The notes under the pieces were generated by a model. The model did no database searches. It was given only the letters and a program-made list of their open reading frames with translations, and was not told where the DNA came from. 21,488 nt of DNA from the NCBI GenBank assembly GCA_977017575.1, contig CDRNVI010000220.1, forward strand, positions 1-21,488, in the 5' to 3' direction. Made by a program: the position numbers and the translations under genes. Positions 1 through 9,417 of the stretch are shown here, in pieces. Position 1 is the first letter of the stretch. The number at the start of each line of letters is the position of its first letter. Source of the DNA: Paramoeba atlantica. Taxonomy: Eukaryota; Protista; Discosea.

Positions 1-143
1 GATAGGGTAAGAATGTGGGTGTTTGTGTGTGTGTGTGTGTGTAGATTTTATAGGAAAAACGTTTTTAAAAGGTGTCATCAAAAGGTTCGTTTAGGGTTAG
101 GGGGGTTGGTTTGTAAGAAAAGTATCCTGTTACACAAAGAACC
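1..143 (+). repeat. Copy A of a ~130-140 bp direct repeat with a (GT)n tract and TTAGGGTTAGGG (91-102)
   Basis: Aligns by eye to 673-797, e.g. aaaaggttcgtttagggttaggggggttggtttgtaagaaaagtatcctgttaca is shared exactly; may extend beyond the window start. Confidence 0.9.
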
Positions 144-521
144 TTTTTTTGGCAAAATATATTGATTGGGAAGCAAAGGGAATGAGGGGGAATTCTAGGG
201 TAAATTGTAGATAAAACTGGATTTGCATGACACAATCGGAGATGCACTCCTATAAATGTCTTGTATTTTGTTCGATTTTGAAAATCTGTTGTCTACCACC
301 GTTTTTCGACCCATGTATTTGTTTCGACCCATTGTATTGTGGGCGACGCTGCAGCACCGCGCGGAGGTGCGGCGGTGGGGGGCGTACGTGGGGGCCGGGA
401 CGGTGTTTGGGGAGCAGGCCAGGGGGATGGAGAGGACGGGGGTGGTGGAGGAGTTTAGCGCGGTGAGGGGGGAGGGGGGTAGGGGGGAGTAGGGGGTAGA
501 AGGGAGGGACAGGGGGAAGAA

Positions 522-648
522 GAGGGATAAGGGAAAAAGGAGGGATAAGGGAAAAAGGAGGGATAGGGGGAAAAAGGAGGGATAAGGGAAAAAGGAGGGA
601 TAAGGGAAAAAGGAGGGATAAGGGAAAAAGGAGGGATAAGGGAAAAAG
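522..648 (+). repeat. Polypurine minisatellite, 7 x 18 bp GAGGGATAAGGGAAAAAG
   Basis: Units start at 522, 540, 558 (19-bp variant), 577, 595, 613, 631. Confidence 0.95.
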
Positions 649-672
649 AGGAAGGAAGGAAAAAATATAAAG

Positions 673-797
673 GATAGGCTAAGAATGTTGGTGTTGTGCG
701 TGTGTGTAGATTTTATGGGAAAAAGGTTTCATAAAAAGGTTCGTTTAGGGTTAGGGGGGTTGGTTTGTAAGAAAAGTATCCTGTTACAAAAAGAACC
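673..797 (+). repeat. Copy B of the same direct repeat (TTAGGGTTAGGG at 745-756)
   Basis: Same sequence as 1-143 with a shorter GT tract and a few substitutions/indels. Confidence 0.9.
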
Positions 798-821
798 CTT
801 TCCTGGTAAGATAAGCCGCGG

Positions 822-894
822 TGCGGATTATTGTTGCACTGCAATAGGCCCTATTGTAGTGCAATAAGCTGTTGCAGTGCAAGAATAATCCGCA
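822..894. repeat. 25-bp inverted repeat (2 mismatches) enclosing an alternative 14-bp inverted repeat
   Basis: 822-846 tgcggattattgttgcactgcaata pairs with 870-894; 834-847 also pairs with 851-864 (1 mismatch). Confidence 0.8.
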
Positions 895-1260
895 AGTGGT
901 CGAAATGCAATAATATTCCGCAAGCATATTATTATTGCATTGTTACATATTCTCCCCGCAAAAAGCAAAAAGTATAAATGAAGGATAAATTCGTCAGAAA
1001 AAGTATAAATCGCCCAAAGAAAGTACAAATCGTTCAGAAAAAATGGATAAAAGCTCGTCATTCAGTAAAAACTTATTTGTTTAAGTTATTTGCTTAACTT
1101 TGTCGTTTAATCGCTTTCTTGGTCAAACGTCCACCAAAATTTCGGAAAAGTTTTGTCGTCGCTAGATGCTTGTATAAGTTCCTGAGAGAGAGTTCCATAA
1201 GATGCCATGTATAAGTTCTTCAGGTTTCGTTTTGCCAAGGACAAACCCTATAAGTTGTCC

Positions 1261-1348
1261 AGCTTAATAATAACCTGTCTAGCTTAATAATAACTTGTCT
1301 AACTTAATAATAAGCCGCATCTTAATATTATTCCGTCTCCCGGTTTAG
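1261..1348. repeat. 3 x 20-bp tandem (agcttaataataacctgtct) followed by a possible orphan TA-flanked terminus (ccggtttag|TA)
   Basis: Units at 1261, 1281, 1301; taataagccgca also recurs at 811-820; no matching partner terminus found. Confidence 0.6.
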
Positions 1349-1642
1349 TACTTATGCCATCTGCAAACTGATGGAAAAGAAAATTTGCTTTTATTCTTCC
1401 GATTCCATCGGATCATGGCACCTTTTATGCCGTACGCTCTTGCAAGATCAGTGATCCGTTGAATCGACTCGGCTGACCAAACCTCTCTCTGTCTTGCACC
1501 TCAACTGTCGATGTGATATGGATAGGTGCTGTCATTTTCAATCCCCGAAAAAACAAACTCAAAACTCAAAACAATTTAAGGATTTGTTTTGGCGAAAATA
1601 ATCTTAATTGAATAATATCGTAATTAAATACGATCGTAATTA

Positions 1643-2026
1643 CTGCACCCCCTCCCCTAGTTATCTTTCACACGTCACCCCCCCCCCCCTAGGTATCTGT
1701 CACTTTTTGGCACTTCGATATTTTTTTCGTCGACTATCCCCCCTAGTTATCTGTCACTTTTTAAAAATAGGTAAAATGCATTTTTCCAAAAAAAATCATA
1801 AAATGAAACTTACATTTTTTCTTTTTATGTTTCAAGCGAATGGTCGTGCGTTGTGCTATGATAAACCGTTTCTGTAATTCCATGTTCTGACTTTTTTTTG
1901 TGACAGACCCCCTCCCTAGTTATCTGTCGCACACTGATCCGCCCAGTTATCTGTCACACACCTGTGCCCCTAGTTATCTGTCACCTTTTCGCGAAAAGTA
2001 GTAAAAGGTAAGTAGGGGGGGTACAG
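1643..2026. mobile_element. MITE (384 bp), Tc1/mariner-pogo type, TA TSD
   Basis: TA|CTGCACCCCC ... GGGGGGTACAG|TA; about six internal copies of ccctagttatctgtcac; related copy starts at 19137. Confidence 0.85.
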
Positions 2027-2042
2027 TAAATACAACACTGTA

Positions 2043-2144
2043 CTATCCCCCCCTAAATAGATAGTAAATTCTCCCCCCTTACTGTTGAAAAAGCCACACT
2101 AGATTTTTCTTTCGAAGCTACCTTTTTCTCGATTATTGTTATGA
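2043..2144 (+). repeat. TA|CTATCCCC terminus-like repeat, copy 1; overlaps the LRR1 start codon
   Basis: 2058-2144 is nearly identical to 6316-6402; both copies start with TA|CTATCCCC. Confidence 0.85.
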
Positions 2145-2870
2145 TCGGCTCTATACTTTCGGCCGACGTAACGGAGCCGTTAAGAAAGAAAGCCCGGAGA
2201 GACGAAACGAACTCTTCCGACACGACGCTTTCCACAAGTGGGACTTATGAGACTGGAACGTCTCGTCCATCCAAATTCAGTGGTGTATCGTTACCCGTGG
2301 AGTACGATTTAATGAGACTCGTGGGAAACCCTCCACGCGCATGGTCCACCGATACTCCGGGATGTAGATGGGATCGAGTCAGATGTAACGACAAGGGCGA
2401 TGTGATTTGGATAAACTGGAGTGGCAGGTTGGGCTATGACACTAGCGAGAAGCTACACGGTCGGCTCAATGTAAAATATTAGGTTGGGAAACCTAAACCT
2501 ACGGAATAACTACCTGTCGGGTGAGTTTCCCTTTGATCAGTTGCCCCCGAAACTGGAATTCATTATTATATCCGCCAACCAATTCACGGGCACTCCAGAT
2601 TTTCGTCACTTGCCACCCTTTCTAGTCTACCTTGACATGTCTAACAATAGATTTTCTGGTCCTGTTGAATTCGATTTCGTGCACGAAAACTTGCGTGAAA
2701 TGTGCTTAGCTTTTAATGCAGAACTTGAGGGCTTCCTAAAAATCAGAGACGAGTTAAAAAATCTGTATTATAGTGTAGCAAGAACAAAGATTACAGTGAG
2801 CAATGGTGAGATGACGCGCAACAGACCGAGCCGGAGCGCTTGTAGAACACGCGGACGAAGGTACATGTAA
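2141..2870 (+). pseudogene. LRR1: frameshifted LRR protein gene with LRRNT-like cap (W..TP.C.W..V.C) and 4-5 repeats of 23 aa
   Basis: ORFs 2141-2482 and 2484-2870 are the N- and C-halves of a paralog of the 15089 and 19468 genes. At the junction (KY-TAGG-LGNLNLRNN) only 4 nt stand where LPxx (12 nt) is expected, implying an ~8-nt deletion. Confidence 0.8.
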
Positions 2871-3733
2871 CTTACTGTGTGTAATGGGGAATAGGCACGA
2901 AAAACGTCAGCATACTGAAATTACTTGACAAAGAAATAATCCATGTTGCGGTGGAATATATTCATAAAAAAGATTCAAATAGTTATTTGAAGTTAAATTG
3001 TTATTCGAAATTAAATTGTTATTCGAGTATAAATACTATAGTGTTAGTTTGAAAAATATGGTGTTATTAATATTATCCCCCCTATACTAGCGTTGCCCCA
3101 GTACCGCCCCTTATTCGCGTTGCTTTCGAAGTTCATCCTGCCGCGAAGCGGCATTTTTTTAAATTTTTTTTCCATTCATTTTTTGTGGTCATATTTATGC
3201 AAAAACACGAAATTATGATCTTCGAAATAATTTCATTTTGAGTCGCTTCGTTAACCCAAGTCACTTGGGTGGCTTGGGTGACAAGTGCCTTGTCAACCCA
3301 TGTGCACAGAACATAATTTTATGAGATTTTCCTTTTGCGAACGCCTACTTGTGTAATCGAACATAATTTTCTAATGAATAGGAAAGAAATTATAAAAACG
3401 TAATTTGATTACCGTTACCCCCCCTTAGCCCCCACTTTTTGGCCCAAAACCCATACTTTGTAGCGAAGTAAGGGGGGTGGTGAAGTAAGGGGGTGGTGAA
3501 TTATTAAGGATGGGATTATTAAGTTGTCAAGTTCCTCCAGTAAAATCCTTATCGTCCGTCATGCTCACTTCAGGGTTGAACGAAACTTTCTGTTTCACGC
3601 TTGCCATAGTTCGGAAAGATCATTGACTTTATAAAATGAATTAAAAGATCATTGACTTCTACAGAAAGTAACTAATATCATGAAAATACGCTACGCCCAA
3701 ATTTAGTTTCCAATGTGCCGGCTTAAATATATA

Positions 3734-4114
3734 CTCCCCCTTTCATAATTCTTTATAAATAAATTACAAATTTATTTTACAACTTTCTCGTTGAGATAGT
3801 TGGCCTGATGATGACAAGTAGTGGGTAACCAAACTGCGCGAATCGGAATGCCTTTCTTCGACCTACTTGCGTAGCATAAAACAATTGGAGTTGGGTTGAT
3901 TGTATAAAAATACCGTAGAAACGCTTATTATTATTAACACAAAACCTAAGTTTAATACAGAAACAAGTAACATATTACTCATTGTATACGCAACCCAGGA
4001 AGGAACAACGCGGCGTTTCTAGAACTTTTGGAGAGCTTTCTAGTTTTATATAAATTTATATAAAACTAGAAAGCTTCTTCGGTTCGAACTTATAAAGAAT
4101 TATGAAAGGGGGAG
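3734..4114. mobile_element. Stowaway-like MITE (381 bp) nested in the pogo element
   Basis: Perfect 25-bp TIRs CTCCCCCTTTCATAATTCTTTATAA (3734-3758, 4090-4114), TA on both sides. Confidence 0.92.
4034..4075. repeat. Perfect 42-bp palindrome with no spacer
   Basis: agctttctagttttatataaa|tttatataaaactagaaagct. Confidence 0.95.
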
Positions 4115-4300
4115 TAAAATGAAGACAGAAAATATGATACCTATAGAGGCTTTGCAAGGCACTAAGTAAAACCACAGAAAAACTTAGATACGACGAATAT
4201 TAAAAACGGTGCTGTGGACGTAAAAAGCTGGGGAAGGTGAGGTGCGCTAAGCCCCAACACTGCCGAAAATATATGCAGTGGCCCTGACCTGCGGCCATCG

Positions 4301-4600
4301 TTAGTGCTTTGCGCAGAAATTGTCATTCTCTTCCCCCTTTTCCTCAATTGCATACATGTGATGAAATTTCGTTAAACACCCAGGTTCACTACACTCCCGT
4401 AGAGTTAAATTCACTCGCGTGCAATAACAACACTCCTGTACTGGGGTTGCGTTAAGCGCTGAGTTCCTGTTACGCGTTGACTCTATCGCGGACTTCATGG
4501 CTTTCGCTGCGATTGTGGGACTAATTCGATTTTTTACAGGAACGCGCGTTGGCAGACGAGGGACCTGATTTGGTTCAAGATGAAGCGATGGCTGATGCAT
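4301..4600 (-). CDS. Cys/His ORF resembling the PHD half of an extended PHD (HC5HC2H-type) finger; overlaps the transposase 3' end in the +1 frame
   Basis: CCYC-x8-CSEPGC-x3-HHMY-x10-CAKH; one expected Cys is Tyr (TAT vs TGT). Confidence 0.55.
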   Translation of the reverse strand: MHQPSLHLEPNQVPRLPTRVPVKNRISPTIAAKAMKSAIESTRNRNSALNATPVQECCYCTRVNLTLRECSEPGCLTKFHHMYAIEEKGEENDNFCAKH

Positions 4601-6023
4601 CCACCATTGAGTCCGTGATAACGCTTGAGGAGAGTCTGAGCTCGGCTCTGGATTCTATGAGAATCTGTGCGAGATTTTTGGTAAGTGCTGGAACAAGCAA
4701 CTTATTAAATTCGATTTCGTATTCTTCTGAATTCACTTTTGCCAGAGCCTGGGTGGCAAATTTTATTACAAGACTTCGCGTCGGCCGGACAATTTCATGA
4801 GGCGTCGACGCACGCCAGGAGGCAAAACATTCCTTGTAGTACTTTTTAAAAGGCTGGTTGATGGCCATATCCATGAGCTGTGCTTTGGAAGTGCAACCTC
4901 CTGGAACGAATTGAACATCGATTTCTCTCTCACGAAAGAACAATAATAATTCCGCTGTCCGATGAGCAGCGTACAGATCCAAAATAATAAGTGTCTTCCG
5001 CGGAAGATACTTCATTCTGTCAAAGAATTCCGCTTCAGCCCATTTTTTAAATGACTCTCCTGTGTTCCACCCGCTTGTTGTCGTTTTTGCCGTACAATTG
5101 TACTTTTCTGCCGCCCGGAGCACCTCTTTGGAAACCTTTCCAGAGTCTGAATGGGCTTCCCAAATTAAGTGCGGAGGAAACACCTTATGCTCCCACGTGC
5201 TTTCTGCATGCCGTTGGTTCGTAACAGAGCGACCCCAAAACCACGCAGTCAGTGTCTTCTTCTCCTTCCCTGTAGTTAAAACCTTTACACGCTTTGTCCC
5301 TTTAGTGTCGTATGTGATTTCATTGACGGGCTCCCACACAACACAGGTCTCGTCCCCTATTACAATTACAGCGTATCCTCCGCGATCACAATATCGCAGA
5401 GCTATCATATTCAAAAAGGCTTCTATACGCTCGTCCATGTCTTTTGGGACCATTTGGGTTGCTTCATTGACTCTTCGTCGCGAAATATTGGCGAAGGTGC
5501 AAAAACGAATCCAAAATTTTTCTTTCCCTTTGTCGGTAAGGGAACAGAAGTGCTCTGAAATTTCAGCAAAGTACCCCAACATTGTCGGTTTCGTGACTGC
5601 CGAAAGAGACTCGCGTAGCAAAAGCAGTTGCGTCAACTCTTTTTCATATAATTCTTTATTTGCTCGGGGGGGATGATACTGAAACAATTTTCCGAAGCCA
5701 AGTTGAGTAAATTTATGCCAATCTTCTTTTTTCCGATAAATTCTATGTACCGTGCTTACCTCGACCTTGTAATCTCGGGCGGCCACGCTTACAGACTTGC
5801 CGGCATCTATACTAGCACATAGGTTGTTTTTTTGCTGTATGGTAAGATCCACCCGAACCTTCCGCGGCTGCTCAGCAAGCTGGTTAGATGCATTCAATAT
5901 TAATGCGGTGGATGGCGTAGCTGAAGTATCATCGGGGAAGGGCAGTACGGCAACAGTTTCGTGTGGCAACGGTGAGGATAGAGTCACTTGGCTCGCGTTA
6001 AAGAATAGAAGTGGTGGGGCCAT
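4575..6023 (-). CDS. pogo-type transposase, DD35D, 482 aa from the first ATG
   Basis: N-terminal HTH (VSVAARDYKVEVSTVHRI); GDET, ILDLYAAH and PGGCTSKAQLMDMAINQPFK motifs; I count 35 residues between the 2nd and 3rd Asp. Confidence 0.93.
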   Translation of the reverse strand: MAPPLLFFNASQVTLSSPLPHETVAVLPFPDDTSATPSTALILNASNQLAEQPRKVRVDLTIQQKNNLCASIDAGKSVSVAARDYKVEVSTVHRIYRKKEDWHKFTQLGFGKLFQYHPPRANKELYEKELTQLLLLRESLSAVTKPTMLGYFAEISEHFCSLTDKGKEKFWIRFCTFANISRRRVNEATQMVPKDMDERIEAFLNMIALRYCDRGGYAVIVIGDETCVVWEPVNEITYDTKGTKRVKVLTTGKEKKTLTAWFWGRSVTNQRHAESTWEHKVFPPHLIWEAHSDSGKVSKEVLRAAEKYNCTAKTTTSGWNTGESFKKWAEAEFFDRMKYLPRKTLIILDLYAAHRTAELLLFFREREIDVQFVPGGCTSKAQLMDMAINQPFKKYYKECFASWRASTPHEIVRPTRSLVIKFATQALAKVNSEEYEIEFNKLLVPALTKNLAQILIESRAELRLSSSVITDSMVDASAIASS

Positions 6024-6254
6024 CGTGTATTGAATAAATATTGAAATCAATGAAAATTTACAATTTCTGACCTGGGTTAACTATCATCACAGAGTAGGAA
6101 TCGGGGGAAAATTCTGACACCCCCCTTACTTCACCACATACGGAGTGGCTAAATGTGGTGAAGTAAAGGGGGAGGTGAAGTAAGGGGGGAGTAACGGTAC
6201 ATTATTTTTTTAATTCTTTTAATAAGACATAGCCCGTCTAAGGGATAGTACGTA

Positions 6255-6402
6255 CTATCCCCTCTAAATTAAATCTCACTGCCCACCCCCCTGCTTATTT
6301 GTCAGTTCTGGGAACAGATAGTAAATTCTCCCCCCTTACTGTTGAAAAAGCCACACTAGGTTTTTCTTTCAAAGCTACCTTTTTTTCAATTATTGTTATG
6401 AT
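6255..6402 (+). repeat. TA|CTATCCCC terminus-like repeat, copy 2
   Basis: Shares ~85 bp with 2058-2144; its extra segment contains ccccctgcttatttgtc, similar to the 11497 MITE motif. Confidence 0.8.
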
Positions 6403-6570
6403 TATAATTATAATTATCTGTTATGAAGCGGGGACAAGTCAGAGGCAATGACAATACAAAGATATCACTGATACAATGTAGTACAGGGCGGTTTATTTAT
6501 TTAAGATTCTTTCTTTACAGTCATTTCATTACTCAAAATTAGTTAAACGGGGGTCCAGTTTCGCATACAT

Positions 6571-6876
6571 GTGACCTCGTACCATACCGGGGGGGGTATG
6601 GTATCGTGACTCGTGGTCGATAGCATACCCCTCCTTGGTTTTTCAGATAGAGAAGGTGTGATGTCCCACGTAGATCATAACTCTATGGAGCATTATTCGT
6701 TTGTTTACTATTTATCGCGTTTTTTCACTTTTATAATTTTTACTGGTGATATTTTTAACCCCTACTGGTAACTTTTGCTGGTAATCACTTTTTTAACATT
6801 TTATCCAAACAACTTACCATACCTGTGACCTGATACCGTACCTGTAACCTCGTACCATACTGGGCGGGGGGTATGC
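6571..6876. repeat. Cluster of subterminal-type repeats (gtgacctcgtaccatac variants) with a hairpin at 6580-6603
   Basis: Variants at 6571, 6826, 6844; tactgggcggggggtatg resembles the reverse complement of 10943-10958. Confidence 0.6.
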
Positions 6877-6959
6877 TAAACCGGACTCCCGTTTAACTCA
6901 TTCTTTAGTATAACAGGCCGAGAGTAACTAATAGAAAAAATATTCACACTCGAAGTCGG

Positions 6960-7048
6960 TACTAGGTGACTTGTCCTCCTAGGTGACATATCCGATTTTG
7001 GCCCCTTTTTTCCACTTTTGCGAGGATATGTGAGGGGGGGGGTGACGG
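6960..7048. mobile_element. Orphan TA-flanked terminus related to the pogo TIR
   Basis: GGGGGGGGTGACGG|TA (reverse complement CCGTCACCCCCCCC vs pogo CCGTTACCCCCCC); ctaggtgac twice upstream. Confidence 0.55.
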
Positions 7049-7508
7049 TATAGTGCAAGTGCCCAAGTCGATATAATATAGTGCAAGCAGCATAATGTAT
7101 CGATTTGATAAAAAGGAGTCAAAATAATTACACCGACGCGCATTGCAATAACATAAAAAATTAATATGGGGAAAAAGTGTAGTCCTGATTGTTGTTGTTA
7201 GACGCATCGAATAAAGCATGGAAAAATCCTCCGCCTTGTCGTGGCGTTCTGGCTTATGATCGCAATAGGTGAGGGGCTGCGGATGACGTTAACCGCGGTC
7301 TCGCGTGGTCTCGGCGCGGTCTCGCGCGGTCTCATATTTGTAAAAGGGTATAATGATATTTTAGAGATTGTCAAATAGTTTTTGTTTATAGTATACGTCT
7401 AAGCAATTTCAATCGCAATTTCGTCTACGCAATTTCAATTGGAATAAATAGAGCGATGTTGAACACAGACCAAGACTGATATTAAAAGATCAATAAAACT
7501 AAACGAAT

Positions 7509-8507
7509 TTACTTCTTTCGCTTCCGCGGTTTCCTAGGTTCGTAGGGCACATAATTTATGTGTTCCTTGAGCAAGTCGCGACTTACACCAGTTTTCTCGA
7601 CAACTTCGCATCCCTCACTGCACCAACATTTATTCAAATGGTCAATCTTTCGGAGAGACGCATTCACCCCAGTATCAAATTCGTACTGCGGCTCTCCAGC
7701 CAACAGTCCGTACGCCAACACAGATACTACCTGAACAGCATCTTTGATCCAGGAAAGATCATGATCTGTTGCCCAGAAAAAACAAAACTTGTCCACATGG
7801 GCAAAGAAACGCTCTACACGAGAGCGCACTAATGCGAGCCTCTCGTTAACGCGTAATTGATCGTCCTCAAGCATTCCCTTGTTTGGAGTTTTGTATGGGA
7901 CCAAACAATGATAACAACCAACATACCCCAGGTCGGCCAGAAAGATTTCATCTTTGTGATGCTCAAAGAGGTATGTTCCATGAGTCATCGTGTCTTGATA
8001 AATCCTTGCATCGTGCACACTTCCAACTACGGGCCCACGAAAAAAGATAGGAACTCCGGCCAGTGTGAGCCAAAATTCAATTTTAAAACAGTGTTCTCCG
8101 CTCTTCCCAGAGTAAGTCGAATTCTTCCGTTTAACAGTCTGACTACGGGGATCAAATTTCATATGAGGTTTTTTTGCTCGACAAGGGATGGTGGTGACGT
8201 CTAGCATACACGTCACGTCGCTAAGCCACGGGACACCATGACGAAATCTCAGCGAAGGATTCATCAACGAGGGTGAACGACACAGGTCCGCGATGCGATG
8301 AAAATCCTCGCGCAGGGTTCGTACGGAAACTGGGGGATCCTCTGGCCCCGTCCATATGACTTGCAAATCGCTCAATTGTTCCCAAAAACAATTCAGTGCA
8401 CATAAGCAAAGGGAAGACTTCAACCTCCTTAGATCAGTGCTTGTTACGTTAGTTCCATGCACCGCTTGCTGTTCCGCGTAAAATTGCGCAAGCTGTTCTC
8501 GGGTCAC
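7509..8507 (-). CDS. Harbinger/IS5-like transposase (DDE_Tnp_4 type), DD39E; true start uncertain
   Basis: MLDVTT, YSGKSGEHCFK, GSVHDARIY, FLADLGY, RSRVERFF motifs; HTH-like N-terminus; basic C-terminus RKPRKRKK; the frame is open from an upstream stop near 8555 but has no ATG until residue 82. Confidence 0.9.
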   Translation of the reverse strand: MTREQLAQFYAEQQAVHGTNVTSTDLRRLKSSLCLCALNCFWEQLSDLQVIWTGPEDPPVSVRTLREDFHRIADLCRSPSLMNPSLRFRHGVPWLSDVTCMLDVTTIPCRAKKPHMKFDPRSQTVKRKNSTYSGKSGEHCFKIEFWLTLAGVPIFFRGPVVGSVHDARIYQDTMTHGTYLFEHHKDEIFLADLGYVGCYHCLVPYKTPNKGMLEDDQLRVNERLALVRSRVERFFAHVDKFCFFWATDHDLSWIKDAVQVVSVLAYGLLAGEPQYEFDTGVNASLRKIDHLNKCWCSEGCEVVEKTGVSRDLLKEHINYVPYEPRKPRKRKK

Positions 8508-8892
8508 GCCATAGATGAATGCCTCTATGAAAGTACTAGCTATGAAATTGAACTATGTTATGCTAAATATGTTATGTTATGTTATGGGCTAGAGGGTAAA
8601 AACGCGACTTGTAGATTAGGTAAAATGGTATTTGAGGTGAACAATAAACATCCGCTTTGACACACTTAAAACCATCACGAATAATAAGCAGAACTTAAAA
8701 TATTATCTTCTCTCTTTCTCCTTCAACTTTTCCTCAACGCGTCCTTTTTAGTTCAGCCGCGGGAACGAGACTACACGGTCTGATGTTCTTATTTCTTTCG
8801 CCGTATAATAGGACGGCATGGGGACATTCTTCCCCTGATCTGCAGCCGTGGGACAAGCTTCTGGGGTCTGAGATGCTGGCTTCTGAGATGCT

Positions 8893-9417
8893 TCATCCGC
8901 CCCTCGTTTGAACCGGCGACGAGCCCGGTAGGTCGCGGCAGGCACGAGAACGCCTCCCGGATACAGAGCGCCACAAACTATCCACGAAGTCTCCTACTTC
9001 GTTGTCCCGTCGAGGTGCATACATCGGGCTGAGTTCCAGGAAGCTTTGGAGATCCTGGGCAGCTTCTCCAACAAAGTAAACGGCGCGCGGCCGAACATCC
9101 ATAAGCAGATGCCCGCGGCGATCTACGATGTGAAGAATGGCGCGCTCCAGCATCTGTGGCGTAATGTCTATGCCACAAACGGAACGGCCCCCGTGAAGGA
9201 AACTATCCATGGTGCGATGAATGCGTTCCAGGATTTCTTCGACTTTTGCTCCTAGCTCTTCTTCTGTGATAATCAGCTTCGGAGGGGTAAATACGTTAAC
9301 GCGTTTCGTGAAAACCCTCTTGGTTGAAGCTAAAACAACCTCATAAATCGCCTTTTCAATCTCCGAGGGGTTCGCAATTCGAGCTGTTAGATCAGCATTA
9401 CTCTCAATTCCAGTCAT
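8893..9417 (-). CDS. Accessory ORF of the Harbinger-like element, unknown function (174 aa from ATG); may continue by frameshift into 8748-8945
   Basis: Long open frame with ordinary composition inside the TIRs; no Myb/SANT or YqaJ motif recognised. Confidence 0.6.
   Translation of the reverse strand: MTGIESNADLTARIANPSEIEKAIYEVVLASTKRVFTKRVNVFTPPKLIITEEELGAKVEEILERIHRTMDSFLHGGRSVCGIDITPQMLERAILHIVDRRGHLLMDVRPRAVYFVGEAAQDLQSFLELSPMYAPRRDNEVGDFVDSLWRSVSGRRSRACRDLPGSSPVQTRGG

Larger units (their letters stand above)
3412..6197 (-). mobile_element. pogo-superfamily DNA transposon, 2786 bp including a nested MITE
   Basis: TA|CCGTTACCCCCCCTTA ... TAAGGGGGGAGTAACGG|TA (TSD 3410-11 and 6198-99); GTGAAGTAAGGGGG subterminal repeats at both ends; contains a DDE_1-type transposase. 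Confidence 0.92.

Noticed and set aside
91-102. True telomere
   Set aside because: Only two TTAGGG units, embedded in a longer repeat
256-492. G-rich ORF with GTVFGEQA (cNMP-binding-like); the antisense frame is also open and S/T/P-rich
   Set aside because: Motif spacing is short, both strands show the same third-position bias, and base skew alone can explain the open frames
522-648. Regular short repeats here and at 1261, 10283 and 11792 as possible CRISPR arrays
   Set aside because: No unique spacers and no cas genes; ordinary minisatellites in eukaryotic DNA
5062-5676. 204-aa + strand ORF and other shadow ORFs (4549, 5797, 7560, 7857, 9046, 14989, 19476, 20283)
   Set aside because: Antisense to well-supported genes; no independent motifs
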